The notes beneath the pieces were generated by a model that had not been told where the DNA came from, did not search any database, and worked only from the letters and a program-made list of their open reading frames with translations. Below are positions 28,420 to 43,266 of a DNA stretch of 64,000 nt, piece after piece (the stretch's first letter is position 1; every line of letters begins with the position of its first letter). The stretch lies in contig OX597838.1 of assembly GCA_951406725.2 (NCBI GenBank), positions 18,290,001 to 18,354,000 on the forward strand. The letters run 5' to 3'. Origin of the DNA: Octopus vulgaris (lineage: Eukaryota). The position numbers were made by a program, and so were the translations under genes.

Positions 28420-29395
28420 AACATCATTAGACTTGGAAGGCTACTCATTGAGCAGCATTCCTTGTCTGATAATTTAGAATCCATGCCCAAAGAAGTCGCA
28501 CGACTCTACCGCAACGTATCATCAGATGAAAGGATGAGCCTAATTGAGCAGAAGACTATGCATGGTTAGTAGAAAGCTCCGTCACGATAGTAACATCGAT
28601 CATCAAAGCAGTTTATCATGGAGGATTAACCGGATTACTACCTCCCACTTTGAAGGGTATGCGTTTGTAATCCAGGAACAGGAAATATCAACCAAATACC
28701 TAATGCACAAAAGGGATTGAGATGCAGGAAAAGCTGTAAAATGTGACAACCGATGATGACTTTGTGGAGTTAACACCGAAGATATCACCCACACCATAAG
28801 CAGTCATTACGGTATTATCTACCGATTAGACATGATGTTGTAGCTGGGGCCCTCTTTAATGAAATCCGTCGAAAGGATAATCCTGAGGACAAAGAAATAA
28901 GAACCCACAATATGGTAGAAACCATAACCACTCATAATAAAAAGGAATACTGGTGGAATGTCCTTGTGAAGACTTCAATAAAATGTAAGCACAAGAGACC
29001 TGACATAATGATTTGGGATAAGAAGAGAAAATTTGTACAGTCGAAAGTAGCAGAAGATCAGTGGAAAAGCGAACACCTATGGAGAACTATTGAGAAATCT
29101 GTAGTTATTCTATCCAGTTTACAAGTTCAGCTTTATACCTGTAATTATTCGGGCCCTGAGATATGTAACACGCTGCCTAAATACCAATCTTGAGAAATTA
29201 GGCTTCTCAAAACCAGGAAGGAGAAAGCTAATTCGAAGATTACAAATCTAATCCATCACTGGAACTGAAAAAATCTGTAAGACTTTCCAGAAGTTTATCA
29301 TTTAAATATATATGAACATGTCTACATAAGCAACTATATGCATGCGAATACATACATAAAACATACATACATACATACATACATACATACATACA
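28420..29395 (+). mobile_element. 5'-truncated R4/Dong-like LINE (zinc knuckle plus RLE), ending in (CATA)n
   Basis: FEGYAFVIQEQEISTKYL, LCGVNTEDITH, RHDVVA, EYWWNVLVKTSIKCKHKRPDIMIWD, and a C-terminal ITGTEKICKTFQKF. Confidence 0.85.
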
Positions 29396-29919
29396 GAGAA
29401 AGGACAGAGCTCTATAATTCCTACATTACAGATGATTACCTTATAACACATTAAAATATAAAGAGTGAATAGTTGTGCGTAGAATGACGGGGGAAAAAAC
29501 AGGCGAGCTGGCAGAAACGTTAGCACGTCGGGCGAAATGCTTAGCGGTATTTCGTCTGCCGTTACTTTGTGAGTTCAAATTCCGCCGAGGTCGACTTTAC
29601 CTTTCATCCTTTCGGGGTCGATAAATTAAGTACCAGTTACGCACTGGGATCGATGTAATCGACTTAAAACCTATGTCTGTCCTTGTTTGTCCCTTCTATG
29701 TTTAGCCCCTTGTGGGTAATAAAGAAATGGAAAAAAACAGGAACTCATTTTCTTTTAAATATTATGAGTCTTGTTTTATATCAATACAGATTTAAGAACG
29801 TGAGTGTCCTTAGTTGCATATGAAATAGACTGTGTTTTCTATACAAGCCGATGAACGGTTAAAATATATATATATTTTTTAATCTCCAGTCAAGAAGTGA
29901 AAACACACACAGCTACATA

Positions 29920-30329
29920 CGTTTGTATGTATGTATGTATGTATGTATGTATGTATGTATGTATGTATGTATGTATGTACGTACGTATGTATGTATGTAT
30001 GTATGTATGTATGTATGTATGTATGTATGTATGTATGTATGTATGTATGTATGTACGTATGTATGTATGTATGTATGTATGCATGTATGTATGTATGTAC
30101 GTATGTATGTATGTATGTACGTACGTATGTATGTATGTATGTATGTATGTATGTATGTATGTATGTATGTATGTATGTATGTATGTATGTATGTATGTAT
30201 GTACGTACGTACGTATGTATGTATGTACGTATGTATGTATGTATGTATGTATGTATGTATGTATGTATGTATGTATGTATGTATGTATGTATGTATGTAT
30301 GTATGTATGTATGTATGTACGTATGTATG

Positions 30330-30360
<31 letters not shown>

Positions 30361-31247
30361 GTATGTATGTATGTATGTACGTATGTATGTATGTATGTAC
30401 GCACGTACGTACGTATGTATGTATGTATGTATGTATGTACGTATGTATGTATGTATGTATGTATGTACGTACGTATGTATGTATGCATGTATGTACGTAT
30501 GTATGTATGTACGTATGTACGTATGTATGTATGTATGTATGTATGTAGGTATGTATGTATGTATGTATGTATGTATGTATGTTTGTATGTATGTATGTTC
30601 GTATGCACGTATGTATGTATGTATGTATGTATGTATGTTCGTATGTATGTATGTACGTATATATGTATGTACGTATGTATGTATGTATGTATGTATGTAT
30701 GTACGTACGTACGTACGTATGTATATATGTATGTATGTATGTATGTGTGTACGTATGTATGTATGTACGTATGTATGTATGTATGTATGTATGTACGTAC
30801 GTACGTACGTATGTATATATGTATGTATGTATGTATGTATGTGTGTACGTATGTATGTATGTATGTATGTATGTATGTATGTATGTACGTACGTACGTAT
30901 GTATGTATGTATGTATGTATGTATGTATGTACGTACGTACGTACGTATGTATGTATGTATGTATGTACGTACGTATGTATGTATGTATGTATGTATGTAC
31001 GTATGTATGTATGTATGTATGAATGTATGTATGTATGTATGTATGTATGTACGTATGTATGTATGTATGTATGTATGTACGTACGTATGTATGTATGTAT
31101 GTATGTATGTATGTATGTATGTATGTATGTATGTACGTACGTACGTATGTATGTATGTATGTATGTATGTACGTATGTATGTATGTATGTATGTATGTAT
31201 GTATGTATGTATGTATGTACGTACGTACGTATGTATGTATGTATGTA
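29920..31247. repeat. 1.3-kb (TATG)n/(TACG)n microsatellite
   Basis: Direct reading. Confidence 0.95.
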
Positions 31248-32642
31248 TTCTTGTTATCCAGCACTCGGCATTATACATTCCACATCTAGATAGTGAGACT
31301 GCGGCTTAAGAACCAACTTGTAATCAATATGGAATGACCTGTAAGCTCCTTGCTGGCCTCAGGAGCCATATAAGACGTCATCAGCGGCAAGGAAATCAAA
31401 CGTACAGTGTTTCTTAGAATGAAATAAATCTAAGAAGTAGTCTTGCTCCTTCACGAGTTGATTTCCACCACGTGTTCTTTAGTTTGTTATTGTTGTTGTT
31501 GTTGTTATTGATGGTGATGTCTTATTTTGTTATTTTATTGTTAGTGTTGTTATTATTATTATTATTGTTGCCGGTGTTGTTATTGAAAAGGTTCTAATAT
31601 TTCCAATTTTCCCTTTATTATTTCCATTGATGAAAGGCCTTCACCCCCAAGGCACATCACCTTGTAAGAGCTGGTGTAAATTACCTTATTATTTTCTTCA
31701 AACTAATCTGATTGGCCTTAAATCAATAAAGAGCGAAAGCTCATTCTGACCGGACATTAGCAAGATGTCACACAAAACATTAATTCATAAACTAATCAAT
31801 TTGATAAGTCGTTCAGACACTTCTCACCTATTATTTATTCGTTTTCTTTTATTTTATATCACAATCTATCTACAATAGAGTCATTACCGATAAGTTTCCT
31901 TATCGTTATTACAAGAAAGGAAAGCGGCGAGTTGGCTGAGTCGTAACCGCGCCGGGGGAAAATGCCTAGCTATGATTTTTCCGTCTCTACGTTCTGTGTT
32001 CAAAATCCGCCGAGGTCGACTTTGCCTTTCATCCTTTTGGGCTCGATTAAATAAATACCAGTTACGCACTAGGGTCGATGTAATCGACTTACCTTCTACT
32101 AAATTTCAAATGTTGTGGCTATCATTATTATAAGTGTGGTAAGGCGGCGATCTGGCAGAATTGTTAGCACGCTGGACGAAATGCTTAGCGGTGTTTCGTC
32201 TGTCTTTACGTTCTGAGTTCAAATTCCGCCGAGGTCTACTTTGCCTTTCATCCTTTCGGGGTCGATTAAATAAGTACCAGTTACGCACTGGTGTTGATAT
32301 AATCGACTTAATCCGTTTGTCTGTCCTTGTTTGTCCTCTCTGTGTTTAGACCCTTGTGGGCAATAAAGATATAAGAATCGTTAGCACACCGCGATGTCAA
32401 GCGATGGTGGAGTGACAAACTCATACACGAAAATACACACAACACCCCAACATATATATGTATATATACAACGGGCTTCTTCCAGTTTCCGTCTACCTAA
32501 TCCACTCACAAGACATTGGACGGACCGAAGCTATAGCAGGAGACAGTTGCCCAAGGTGCTAGGCAGTGGGACTGAACCAGGAACCCTGTGTATGGGAAGC
32601 AAGCTTCCTACCACACAGCCACTCCTGTGCCTCATACATATA

Positions 32643-32680
<38 letters not shown>

Positions 32681-32681
32681 C

Positions 32682-32719
<38 letters not shown>

Positions 32720-32732
32720 GTATATATATATG

Positions 32733-32764
<32 letters not shown>

Positions 32765-32774
32765 TACATATGTG

Positions 32775-32842
<68 letters not shown>

Positions 32843-32853
32843 TATATATATAG

Positions 32854-32889
<36 letters not shown>

Positions 32890-33261
32890 GTATATATATA
32901 TATATACATAAACACAGACACACATGTATATACATACACATATATGCATGTATATATGTATGCATGTATGTATACGTCTTCACATGTTCTTTGTGCTACA
33001 TTTTTTTGTTGTGATGTGCATGGGTCCTTGTGGCCATTATTTTTTTTATCTTAATGAGAGTAGCGTGTTTGGCAGAATCATTAGCAGGCCCCCAAAAATG
33101 CCTTGCGGTATATCTTGTAGCTCTTCACGTCCTTTTCGATAAACTAAAGCACCAATCAAATTTTGGGTCGATATAATCCTAACCCTAACCTCCCCCATCA
33201 AAATTATTTCTCTTGTAGCAAAAAGGGAAAGAATTATTATCAAAATCATCATTATCATTAC

Positions 33262-33300
<39 letters not shown>

Positions 33301-33357
33301 CATCATCATAATTATCATCACCATCATCATCATCATCACCATCACCATCACCACCAC

Positions 33358-33530
<173 letters not shown>

Positions 33531-33836
33531 TATTATTATTATTATTATTATTATTATCATTGTTATTGTTGTTGTTGTTGTTGATGTTGTTATTGTTGCT
33601 GCTGCTGCTGCTGTTGTTGTTGTTGTTATTATCATTATTATTATTATTGGTATTGATTATCATTATTATTATTGTTATTGATATTGTTTTTGTATTTGTT
33701 GCTGTTGGTAATATTTCATGACACCTTTATATAAATTTGGTTTTGGTCAATGCGATAACACTGACCATAAAGCAAACTGTGTATATAATCTGTGTATGCA
33801 TACACACACACACATGTATATAGTGGGTGGGTGTGT

Positions 33837-33880
<44 letters not shown>

Positions 33881-34274
33881 TTATATGCATATATATATGC
33901 ATATGTATGTATGTATGTATGTATATATATATGTATATATATATATGTATATATATATGTATGTATATATATATGTATATATATGTATATATATATATGT
34001 ATATATGTATATATATACATATATATATATACATACATATATATATATATTTATATATATATATATATATACACATGTATATAGTGGGTGTGTTGATATA
34101 TATATATATACATATATGCATATATATATATGTATATGTATGTATGTATGTATGTATATGTATATATATATATATGTATATATATATATGTATATATATA
34201 TGTATATATATATGTATATATATGTATATATATATGTATATATGTATATATATACATATATGTATATATATACA

Positions 34275-34353
<79 letters not shown>

Positions 34354-35180
34354 CCAGTGGAAAGAGCAAGTGAAATTAAGATTGAAGGGAAGAGAAAGTA
34401 GATAACATCCGGGGAAAAAATATAACTGACCGTATTTAGGTGAAATACCAGGAAAAAAGCGGAAACTGGAAAAGACAAGGAACACAAAAACTCTGAGCAA
34501 ACAGACGAGTTGAAACGAAAGCTAATGGACGTGTGGAGAAATAAGTTCCTTAATTCTTGTAGACAAACCGTAAATCCTGCTACAGTAACAACAACAGCAG
34601 CGGCCATCTATTGCAGCTATCGCATTTCTCAGGTTTTGCAGGAAATTATTTCCAAGAAAAACATAAACAACAGCAACAACGAAAAATGTAAAAAAAAAAA
34701 AAAAAAAAAACTGTATCAATATATAAATGTGTAGGAGAAAGATAAAAAAAAAATATATATATATATACTGAAATGTTTGGGTCAGGAGAAGGGGTAAAGT
34801 GGTTGGAGATTTTTACTTATGTAGGAAGCTAGAAGTTGGCTATTTTAAGATTTCTTATAGAGAAAGAACTACGGCTCTTTGATTCAATACAGTTCTCGGC
34901 TGAAGATAAGTAAAATATATTCTCTCTCGTCTCAATATAAATGAGAAAAAAAATATAAATTCACTTCAGCTGTATTCAATCTTCTTGAGAAGCTGTTTTC
35001 ACCCCCGTCTCCGAAACTGAATGAATTCAATAAGAACATACTTGTATGTGTGTATGTATGTATGTATATATGTATGCATGTATGTATGTATGTATGTATG
35101 TATGTATGTATGTATGTATGTATGTATGTATGTATGTATGTTTGTATGTATGTATGTAAGTATGTATGTATGTATGTATG

Positions 35181-35214
<34 letters not shown>

Positions 35215-35220
35215 TGTATG

Positions 35221-35251
<31 letters not shown>

Positions 35252-35329
35252 TGTATGTATGTATGTATGTATGTATGAATGCATGTATGTATGTATGTAT
35301 GTATGTATGTATGTATGTATGTATGTATG

Positions 35330-35361
<32 letters not shown>

Positions 35362-35549
35362 TGTATGTATGTATGTATGTATGTATGTATGTACGTATGT
35401 ATGTATGTATGTATGCATGTTTGTATGTATGTATGTTTGTATGTATGTATATATGTATATATGTATATATGTGTTTGTTTGTATGTATGTATGTATGTAT
35501 TATGTATGTGTGTATGTATGTATGAATGTATGTTTGTTTGTATGTATGC

Positions 35550-35960
35550 ATGTCATGTATGTTCAGTCTTATTTAGATTTTGTATCAAGATTTCTTGCCA
35601 ATAGAGAAAGAGCCGGTTTCTAACCTAGATCCAAGGCTCTTTCATTCGAATTTCAACATCAACAACAGGGTAATTTTGTATGTATGTATGTATGTATGTA
35701 TGTATGTATGTATGTATGTATGTATGTATGTATGCATGCAGATTTGTATGTTTTGTTGTACATATGTACTCTCATACATATAGTTACATATATAGACATA
35801 CTCATATATATCTAAATGCTAAACTTATGGAAAGTTTTACAGACTTTTACATTTCCAGTGATGGATTGGATCTGTAGTCTTCGAATTAGCTTTCTTCTTT
35901 CTGTTTCTGAGAAGCCTAGTTTCAAGATTGGTATATAGGCAGTGTGTTACATATTCCAGT
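35550..35960 (-). mobile_element. 3' end plus 3'UTR of the same Dong-like family as 28420, embedded in a (TATG)n array
   Basis: 35820-35955 is the reverse complement of 29160-29305. The UTR contains a gaaagagcc/ggctctttc hairpin. (TATG)n lies on both sides. Confidence 0.75.
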
Positions 35961-37357
35961 GTGTATGTATGTACGTACGTATGTACGTACGTATGTATGT
36001 ATGTATGTATGTATGTATGTATGTATGTATGTATGTATGTATGTATGTACGTACGTATGTATATATGTATGTATGCATGTATGTATGTATGTATGTATGT
36101 ATGTATGTATGTATGTATGCATGCATGTATGTATGTATGCATGTATGTATACATCCATGTATGTATGTGTGTGTGTGTGTGTGTGTACGTGGATGCGTGC
36201 GTATGTGTGTATTTTTTTACTTGTTTCAGTCATTAGACGGTGGTCATGCTGGAGCACTGCCTTGAAGTAATTTTTGTCGAATGAATCAACCTCACTACTT
36301 ATCTTATATTTTTTTAAAGTAATGGTACTTATTCTATCGGTGTCTTTTACCGAACCGCTAAATTACAGGGACGTAAATACCCCGACACCTGTTGTCAAGC
36401 GGTGGAGGGGACAAACACTGAAACAAACACTGCACACACTCACACACACATGCACACATACATACAAACATACATACATACATACATACATACATACATA
36501 CATACAAACATACATACATACAAACATACATACATACAAACATACATACAAACATACATACATACATACATACATACAAACATACATATATACATACATA
36601 CATATATACATACATACATACATGCATGCATGCATACATACATACATACATGCATACATACATACATACATACATACATACATACATACATACAAACAAA
36701 CATACATATATACATACATACATACACACACATATCTGAGACCTCTTTGCCGACAATCCTGTCCTTGACGCCCACACAAAAAGAGTTTTGCAGCGTATCG
36801 CATTCCACTCACAACGCTTTAGCCAACTCGGAGCTATAGCAAAAGACATCTACAAAAGTTACCACGCAGCGGGACTGTACAGGCAACGAGGCGGCTAGGA
36901 AGCAAGTTTCTTCCCACACACGCACATATAAAATTAATTTAAGAAAACGATAAAACGAAGAAGTCATTACATTTCAGAATGAAATAAATCCATTCTGACA
37001 TTCTGCATTTTCATCATGTCACCCACTCATTAACTATTCACACGATGCTGATGTAATTCTGAAATTCTCAAAATAGGTTTTAAATCTGAATTTCAGTTGG
37101 ACTCTGAATCACATTGTCAGCATTTTCACATAAGTTCCGTATAGTTAAATACAGTGTAGTCTTTACATGTTTTCATTACTCCTTTACTTGTTTCAGTCAT
37201 TTGACTGTGGCCATGCTGGAGCACCGCCATTAGTCGAGCAAGTCGACCACAGGACTTATTCTTTGTAAGTCTAGTTACGAACCGCTAAGTTTCGGGGACG
37301 TAAACACACCAGCATCGGTTGTCAAGCGATGTTGGGGGGACAAACACAGACACACAA

Positions 37358-37428
<71 letters not shown>

Positions 37429-37513
37429 ATTAGAGATTATTCTTTGTGGCTAATGGCGTGAGTACTGATTGGAAGAAGAAGAAGAAGAAGAAGACAGCTT
37501 CAGAACAATTTAT

Positions 37514-37544
<31 letters not shown>

Positions 37545-37716
37545 TTATATATAGTCATATATATATATACTTATATTACGGAAATGTACTCGCATAGCAA
37601 GTGATTTGATCTGAGATCGTGTGCTGGAACGAAAACAATTGTAGCGTGGAAGGTGTTTGTAAGCCATTTAAAAAACACACAAAAACCATTCGATTCACTT
37701 CGACGTTAAAGTTTAA

Positions 37717-37766
37717 TTTGTCAAAATATTTTCGTCGCTAAAATCCGCGACCTGTTCACTGACAAA
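37717..37766 (-). ncRNA. Type I hammerhead ribozyme motif with G3-C8 swapped core
   Basis: Minus strand reads TTTGTCA-GTGAACA-G-GTCGC-ggatttta-GCGAC-GAA-AATATT-T-TGACAAA. This gives a 7-bp stem I, a 5-bp stem II and a palindromic stem III. Confidence 0.7.
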
Positions 37767-37788
37767 AAATCCGTATACATATATATAT

Positions 37789-37839
<51 letters not shown>

Positions 37840-38219
37840 CTGTGTGTATGTATGTATGTATGTATGTATGTATGTATGTATGTATTTACGTACGTATGTA
37901 TACATTTAATAAAAGGGGCGAAGAATTTCATAGCAAGAAATATATTCAGACTTATCTCTCTCTCTCTCTATATATATATATATTTATATGTACACACACC
38001 CATGCGTTCAAACACATTTTAGAGCATTTTCAAGTTTATCTAAGTGTGCTGTCGATGAATCCTTAGTAAGCATTAAGCTTCCTGCTGTGGACACCTTACA
38101 CAGCAAGACTATCAACAGTGCTATTTTAAGACAGCCATGTTTGTTACAGAGCGCTGCTCTACACCTACCTAGTAATACAAAGATGTCGACAACTCACACT
38201 CACTACACTATACACAAAC

Positions 38220-38283
<64 letters not shown>

Positions 38284-38480
38284 ACGCACACATACACACA
38301 TGCATAGAACAAATAGTAAGGGATTATCAGTCCTGGCAAAATACTTCACTGTTAGCACACCAGGCTAACAGTATTTCTTAGATTAGTGAAGAAGTCCGGA
38401 TAATATTTTGGTAGGGCCCAAGGTTATGGTTCATTTCCAATAAAGGAATATGTAATGACCATTATTTTAAACCTATTTCC

Positions 38481-38515
<35 letters not shown>

Positions 38516-38987
38516 GTCACATATTACATTTACAGATAAATTCCTCTATTTACATGATATCGAGGTCTCTTCCTTCCTTTTGTTATCTTACCGTTTTTAT
38601 CGATATATATTTTCTACTCTAGGGCACAAGGGCCCGAAATTTTGTGGGAGGGAGCCAGTCGATTAAATCGATCCCAAGTACGCAATTGGTACTTAATTTA
38701 TCGACCCCGAAAGGATGAAAGGCAAAGTCGATCTCGGCGGAATTTGAACTCAGAACGTAGCGGCAGACGAAATACCGCTAAGCATTTCGCTTATATATAT
38801 ATAAATATATATATATATGTATATATACGTTAATATGGTAAGATGAGGGTTATAATATCCAGGCAGGTACCGAATTTCTCTGAGTAAATTGCCGAGGTTG
38901 GTTCCTTCTGATTGTGCGTTGTTAGGTAATCTTCCTTTAGCTTTCATCGGATGTTCCATTATATTTATTGGCTACTCGGAGTGTAGC

Positions 38988-39052
<65 letters not shown>

Positions 39053-39126
39053 TTTTGTTATTATATGATTGAACGCCTCGCGTCACTTTTTTTATTTCTC
39101 CAAGTAAGTTTTTATTATATATATAT

Positions 39127-39341
39127 ATACAGTGTACATTTAAACACATAAGAGGTAGCCATCATAGGACTACCTGCACGCTAGAGAGGACAGTTAAATT
39201 TCAAACCACTATTAGGGATAAAATATCGAAGGGAATGTTCGATATTTTATCCCTAATAGTGGTTTGGAATTTAACTGTCCTCTCTAGTGTGCAGGTAGTC
39301 CTATGATGGCTACCTCTTATGTGTTTAAATGTACACTGTAT
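39127..39341. repeat. Near-perfect foldback palindrome (104-bp arms, 7-nt loop)
   Basis: 39127-39230 pairs with 39238-39341 with about 3 mismatches. Confidence 0.9.
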
Positions 39342-39455
39342 TTATATGAATAATATATAGTTTATTGATTAAATTTTCACACGCTAGGCCACTGGTAATG
39401 GAAATTTCTAATATTATATTTCAGATTGACCTTTGATATTATTATTATTATTATT

Positions 39456-39964
39456 GAGTGAGAGAGCAGTGCATGCCATCAAAGTGACACTGGGGTACAA
39501 ATGTACGAAGCCCAGTATACCCATCATGATTAGCTATAATGGGAATCCAGATGAGCAGATATGGAGGTAATGATGCGTACATACAAGTAAAACCGCTTGC
39601 AGGTGGGGCCCAGTTAGAATTTTCTTTTGGTCGGGTAACCCATCCCACTCAAAAGGTCCCTGATTAAGGGTTGTTTAAGGATGTTGAATGAAACACCCAT
39701 GTTTCCAGAGGTGAATTATTCAAACCCCAAAGAATCCCTCTCAACACATAGCTATGATGCTCCCCCACTACTTCTGCTCGTTATCAGAGATGCACATATC
39801 ATCAGCCACCAAGGGACATGCTCATGAGGTTAAGGTCAAACAACTGACAAGCAAATCTATGGTATTGAGCAGAATATTTACTGTAGCCCATCTTTTATAC
39901 CAAGACAAAACAATGTACATGATAACACTTCCAGTCAGTTAAGATCAGAAGCCATGAGAGCCGC
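39456..39964 (-). mobile_element. Longer copy of the (AAT)n-embedded element
   Basis: Reverse complement of 23891-24329 plus about 95 bp extra at the 5' end; flanked by (TTA)n. Confidence 0.7.
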
Positions 39965-39997
39965 TTATTATTATTATTACTATTATTATTATTATTA

Positions 39998-40071
<74 letters not shown>

Positions 40072-40375
40072 AACACATATTTTATAAAATCCAAGGCAAA
40101 TCACAAGAAAAAAGACATAGGGATTAATGGTGACTTACCCTGCATTAAATATTTCGAGGTTATGACCCCCTCTTCAGGAATTAGCGAATGCTGCAAATGT
40201 AACTCTCCTCAAGAATTAGCCAATGTTGCAGGTGAACATGTACATGACTATTAATCCATGCCTGTTTTCTTGTGATCTGCCTTGTGATCTGCATTTATTT
40301 CGTATTGCTCTGGCTTTACCCTCGAATTTCATGTAATATATTCCACACACTGTTTTATATACTAACTATTCAATT

Positions 40376-40437
<62 letters not shown>

Positions 40438-40830
40438 GTCAGCAGGTGACATCTAGTGATGCTCGATATAGACAACAATTTGTAGCGTGGAATAAAGAGT
40501 AACTATAATGGGAATCCAGATGAGCAGATATGGAGATAATGATGCGAACATACAAGTAAAACCGCTTGCGGCTTGATATATTATATATATTTGCATACAT
40601 GCAAATAGAGATAAAAAAAGACCGAAAAATGTTCAGACGATGAATATTCATGTAGAAACGTAGAGATATTAATATATTAACTGAGCAGACTCACGCAGAG
40701 TACGAAAACACAGGAAATTAAGGGGAGAAGGAGAGAAGGTACAGTAAACTCCAGATGTTCTCTCCTTAATAATACATGTAATTGTGACTAAATGTGTTGA
40801 CGGCCTCTCCTTTTCGTTTGTCTACTCATT

Positions 40831-40888
<58 letters not shown>

Positions 40889-40940
40889 AATAGATGAGTG
40901 TATTTTCCCCTTAACAATTAACACGGAACATATATATATA

Positions 40941-41552
40941 TCTTAAGCTGTCCGGAAATCTCGTATGGATTTTTAAAGGAAAAAAAAAAGCTCAATCAAT
41001 ACTTGCCATTACATTTTTAATCAACCAAATATGAACTATTTTGTTGTACAATGCGTCTCCATCTTTCCTTTAACTTGAAAATACCCTCTTTGCAGAATTG
41101 AGGTGGTTTCATGGCAAAGAATTCATCAAGGTATCTTTTTATGTTATCCAAGGAATTGAAATTTTTACGATTAGACTATTCTGCAGAGACCTAAATAAGT
41201 GGACATCCGAAGGAGCAATATCTCGTGAACATGGAGGGTGGGGAAACACATTCCAGCAATGATCTCGTGAACATGGAGGGTGGGGTAACACATCCCAACC
41301 GAGCTGCAGCAATTTTTGTCTGGTTCCCAAAGCATCAAGTGCCGAAAATGAACTTTCTTATCTTCCATTGTAAAGGGTTACAGAATTAACACAGATTATA
41401 GGAACATAAACCGTATTCCACGAAAAGATAGCTTAAACTGTGCTCTAAATGAAGGTGTAGTCAAATCCTATTTTATGTACTCAACCATGTTCTAAAGTAA
41501 GTCGAAAGGTAAGCTACTATAAATCGGCACGAACTTTCCGGACAACACAATA
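40941..41552 (-). mobile_element. Internally deleted mariner transposon
   Basis: [15 protein letters not shown] is fused to [25 protein letters not shown] and the C-terminus. Imperfect TIRs (tgtccggaaa.. / ..tttccggaca) sit in TA-rich flanks. A 42-bp internal duplication lies at about 41220-41300. Confidence 0.85.
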
Positions 41553-41761
41553 TATATATATATACTCTTTACATTTTTAGTTGTTTCAGTCATTTGACTG
41601 TGGCAATCCTGGAGCACCGCCTTTGATCGACCACCGCCTTGTATGTCTAGTACTTATTCTGTCAGTCTCTTTTGCCGAACCGCTAAGTTACGGGTACGTA
41701 AACACACCAGCATCGGTTGTCAGGCGATGTTGGGGGGACAAACACAGACACACAAACATGT

Positions 41762-41830
<69 letters not shown>

Positions 41831-41841
41831 GAGAGAGGCTC

Positions 41842-41934
41842 CCTTTCTTTCCTGATGAGAAGATTGCATAATACACCCTTTATTCCTTTGGAATGAAACC
41901 ATGTTGTCTTCGAAACATATGTCGAGAGTAAAGG
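41842..41934 (+). ncRNA. Type I hammerhead ribozyme, canonical core, GUC cleavage after 41923
   Basis: ccttt-ctttc CTGATGA GAAGA...TCTTC GAAAC ATAT GTC gagag-t-aaagg. Stems I and II pair, and stem III is the palindrome ACATATGT. Confidence 0.85.
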
Positions 41935-42159
41935 AATTTTGTTAACATCTTCGTTCGACTCCATTCTTTCATTTATTCATATACAACCCACAAATTTCTG
42001 CACATGAACCCGGAGTTTCTACCCTTGGACAGGTCGCTTCAGCCGTGTTTCTGACGTGAATTTGCTACCCTGGTTTCGGTTCAACGAATTTTCCATGCTG
42101 ACGATAAACATAGGATAATTCATTCATATATATATAAATAAATATATATATATATATAT

Positions 42160-42770
42160 ACTTTGATACTTTGATAGGTTTCGGCCATTATTGGCCAAGG
42201 CCATGTCTAACTTAATAGCACCACCTGGTGAAGTCTTTCAAGTCAGAATTTGGGCACTATGGCCCACTCAAGTAGAGAGTTATTGTTTACAGAGACATAT
42301 CCGGGTGTAGGGGGTTTATCCGGGATTTCTTGAAGGAATCTGTTCAAAGACTTCTTGAACCCTATAGGGTCAGTTTCTGTTTTAATGTGTTTTGGTGTAA
42401 TGTTAAAGAGAGCGGGGCCAATTGAGGTGAAATAATTGTGCCGTATTGTTGTTATGAGATGAGAGTGCGATTTTTGTTTTGGGCGAGAGAGAGGGGAGAA
42501 AAAGAAAGAGAAAGGCGGAAGAGAGAAAGGTGAGGCATAAAATGAGGGAAAGTTGCAGAAAACGACAGTGGAATATTTTCCACATCATGCAGATGATGTA
42601 GCGCTCACGACGACGTTGGAGAGAATAGAGTTTTAGCTTTTCTAGTCGACCCCAATAGTCGAGGCCTGTCATGCCATCTATCTTTTTTGTGATTGCCCTT
42701 TGGGGTGCTTCAATTTTTATGATACCTTGTATTGTGTGGGGAGACCACAGTGGACAACAGTATTCAAGTA
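42160..42770 (-). mobile_element. CR1-clade LINE 3' fragment
   Basis: EYCCPLWSPH..IEAPQRAITKKIDGMTGLDYWGRLEKLKLYSLQRRRERY, then GPALFN, NSLLEW, a 3' hairpin and an (ATCAAAGT)-type tandem tail. Confidence 0.85.
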
Positions 42771-42829
42771 TTATATATATATATAATTAGAGATTATTCT
42801 TTGTGGCTAATGGCGTGAGTACTGATTGG

Positions 42830-42901
<72 letters not shown>

Positions 42902-43154
42902 CAACCATTTACTAACATACATTCACGCACACAAACACACACACACATATATATATATAGATCTACAGACATACTTCGTCTACAAATACTCAATATTCGC
43001 TTAATACAGAATAACGACTATATGTCGCCTGAGCAGAATCTGGCTAAATGCGCATGTGTGTGTGGGCGCGCCTATGTAAATGTGTGTGTGAATGTGTGAC
43101 CAAATGAATGTTTGCGCGCGCGTGTGTGTGTGTGAGTGAATTAATATGTGAAAT

Positions 43155-43266
<112 letters not shown>

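Noticed and set aside
29879-31309. 460-470 aa ORFs (HTYI/MYVC repeats) and all similar YI, HT, LSIY, poly-I, poly-D and poly-E ORFs
   Set aside because: These are translations of stop-free microsatellites, with no splice signals or complexity.
31370-31390. Isolated CTGATGA motifs (also at 22698, 25324 and 49020)
   Set aside because: No properly placed stem II/GAAA/UH partner was found.
42170-42250. Minus-strand ggcc-hairpin plus GAAAC resembling a hammerhead
   Set aside because: There is no CUGANGA-like core; it is the CR1 3'-terminal hairpin next to its tandem tail.
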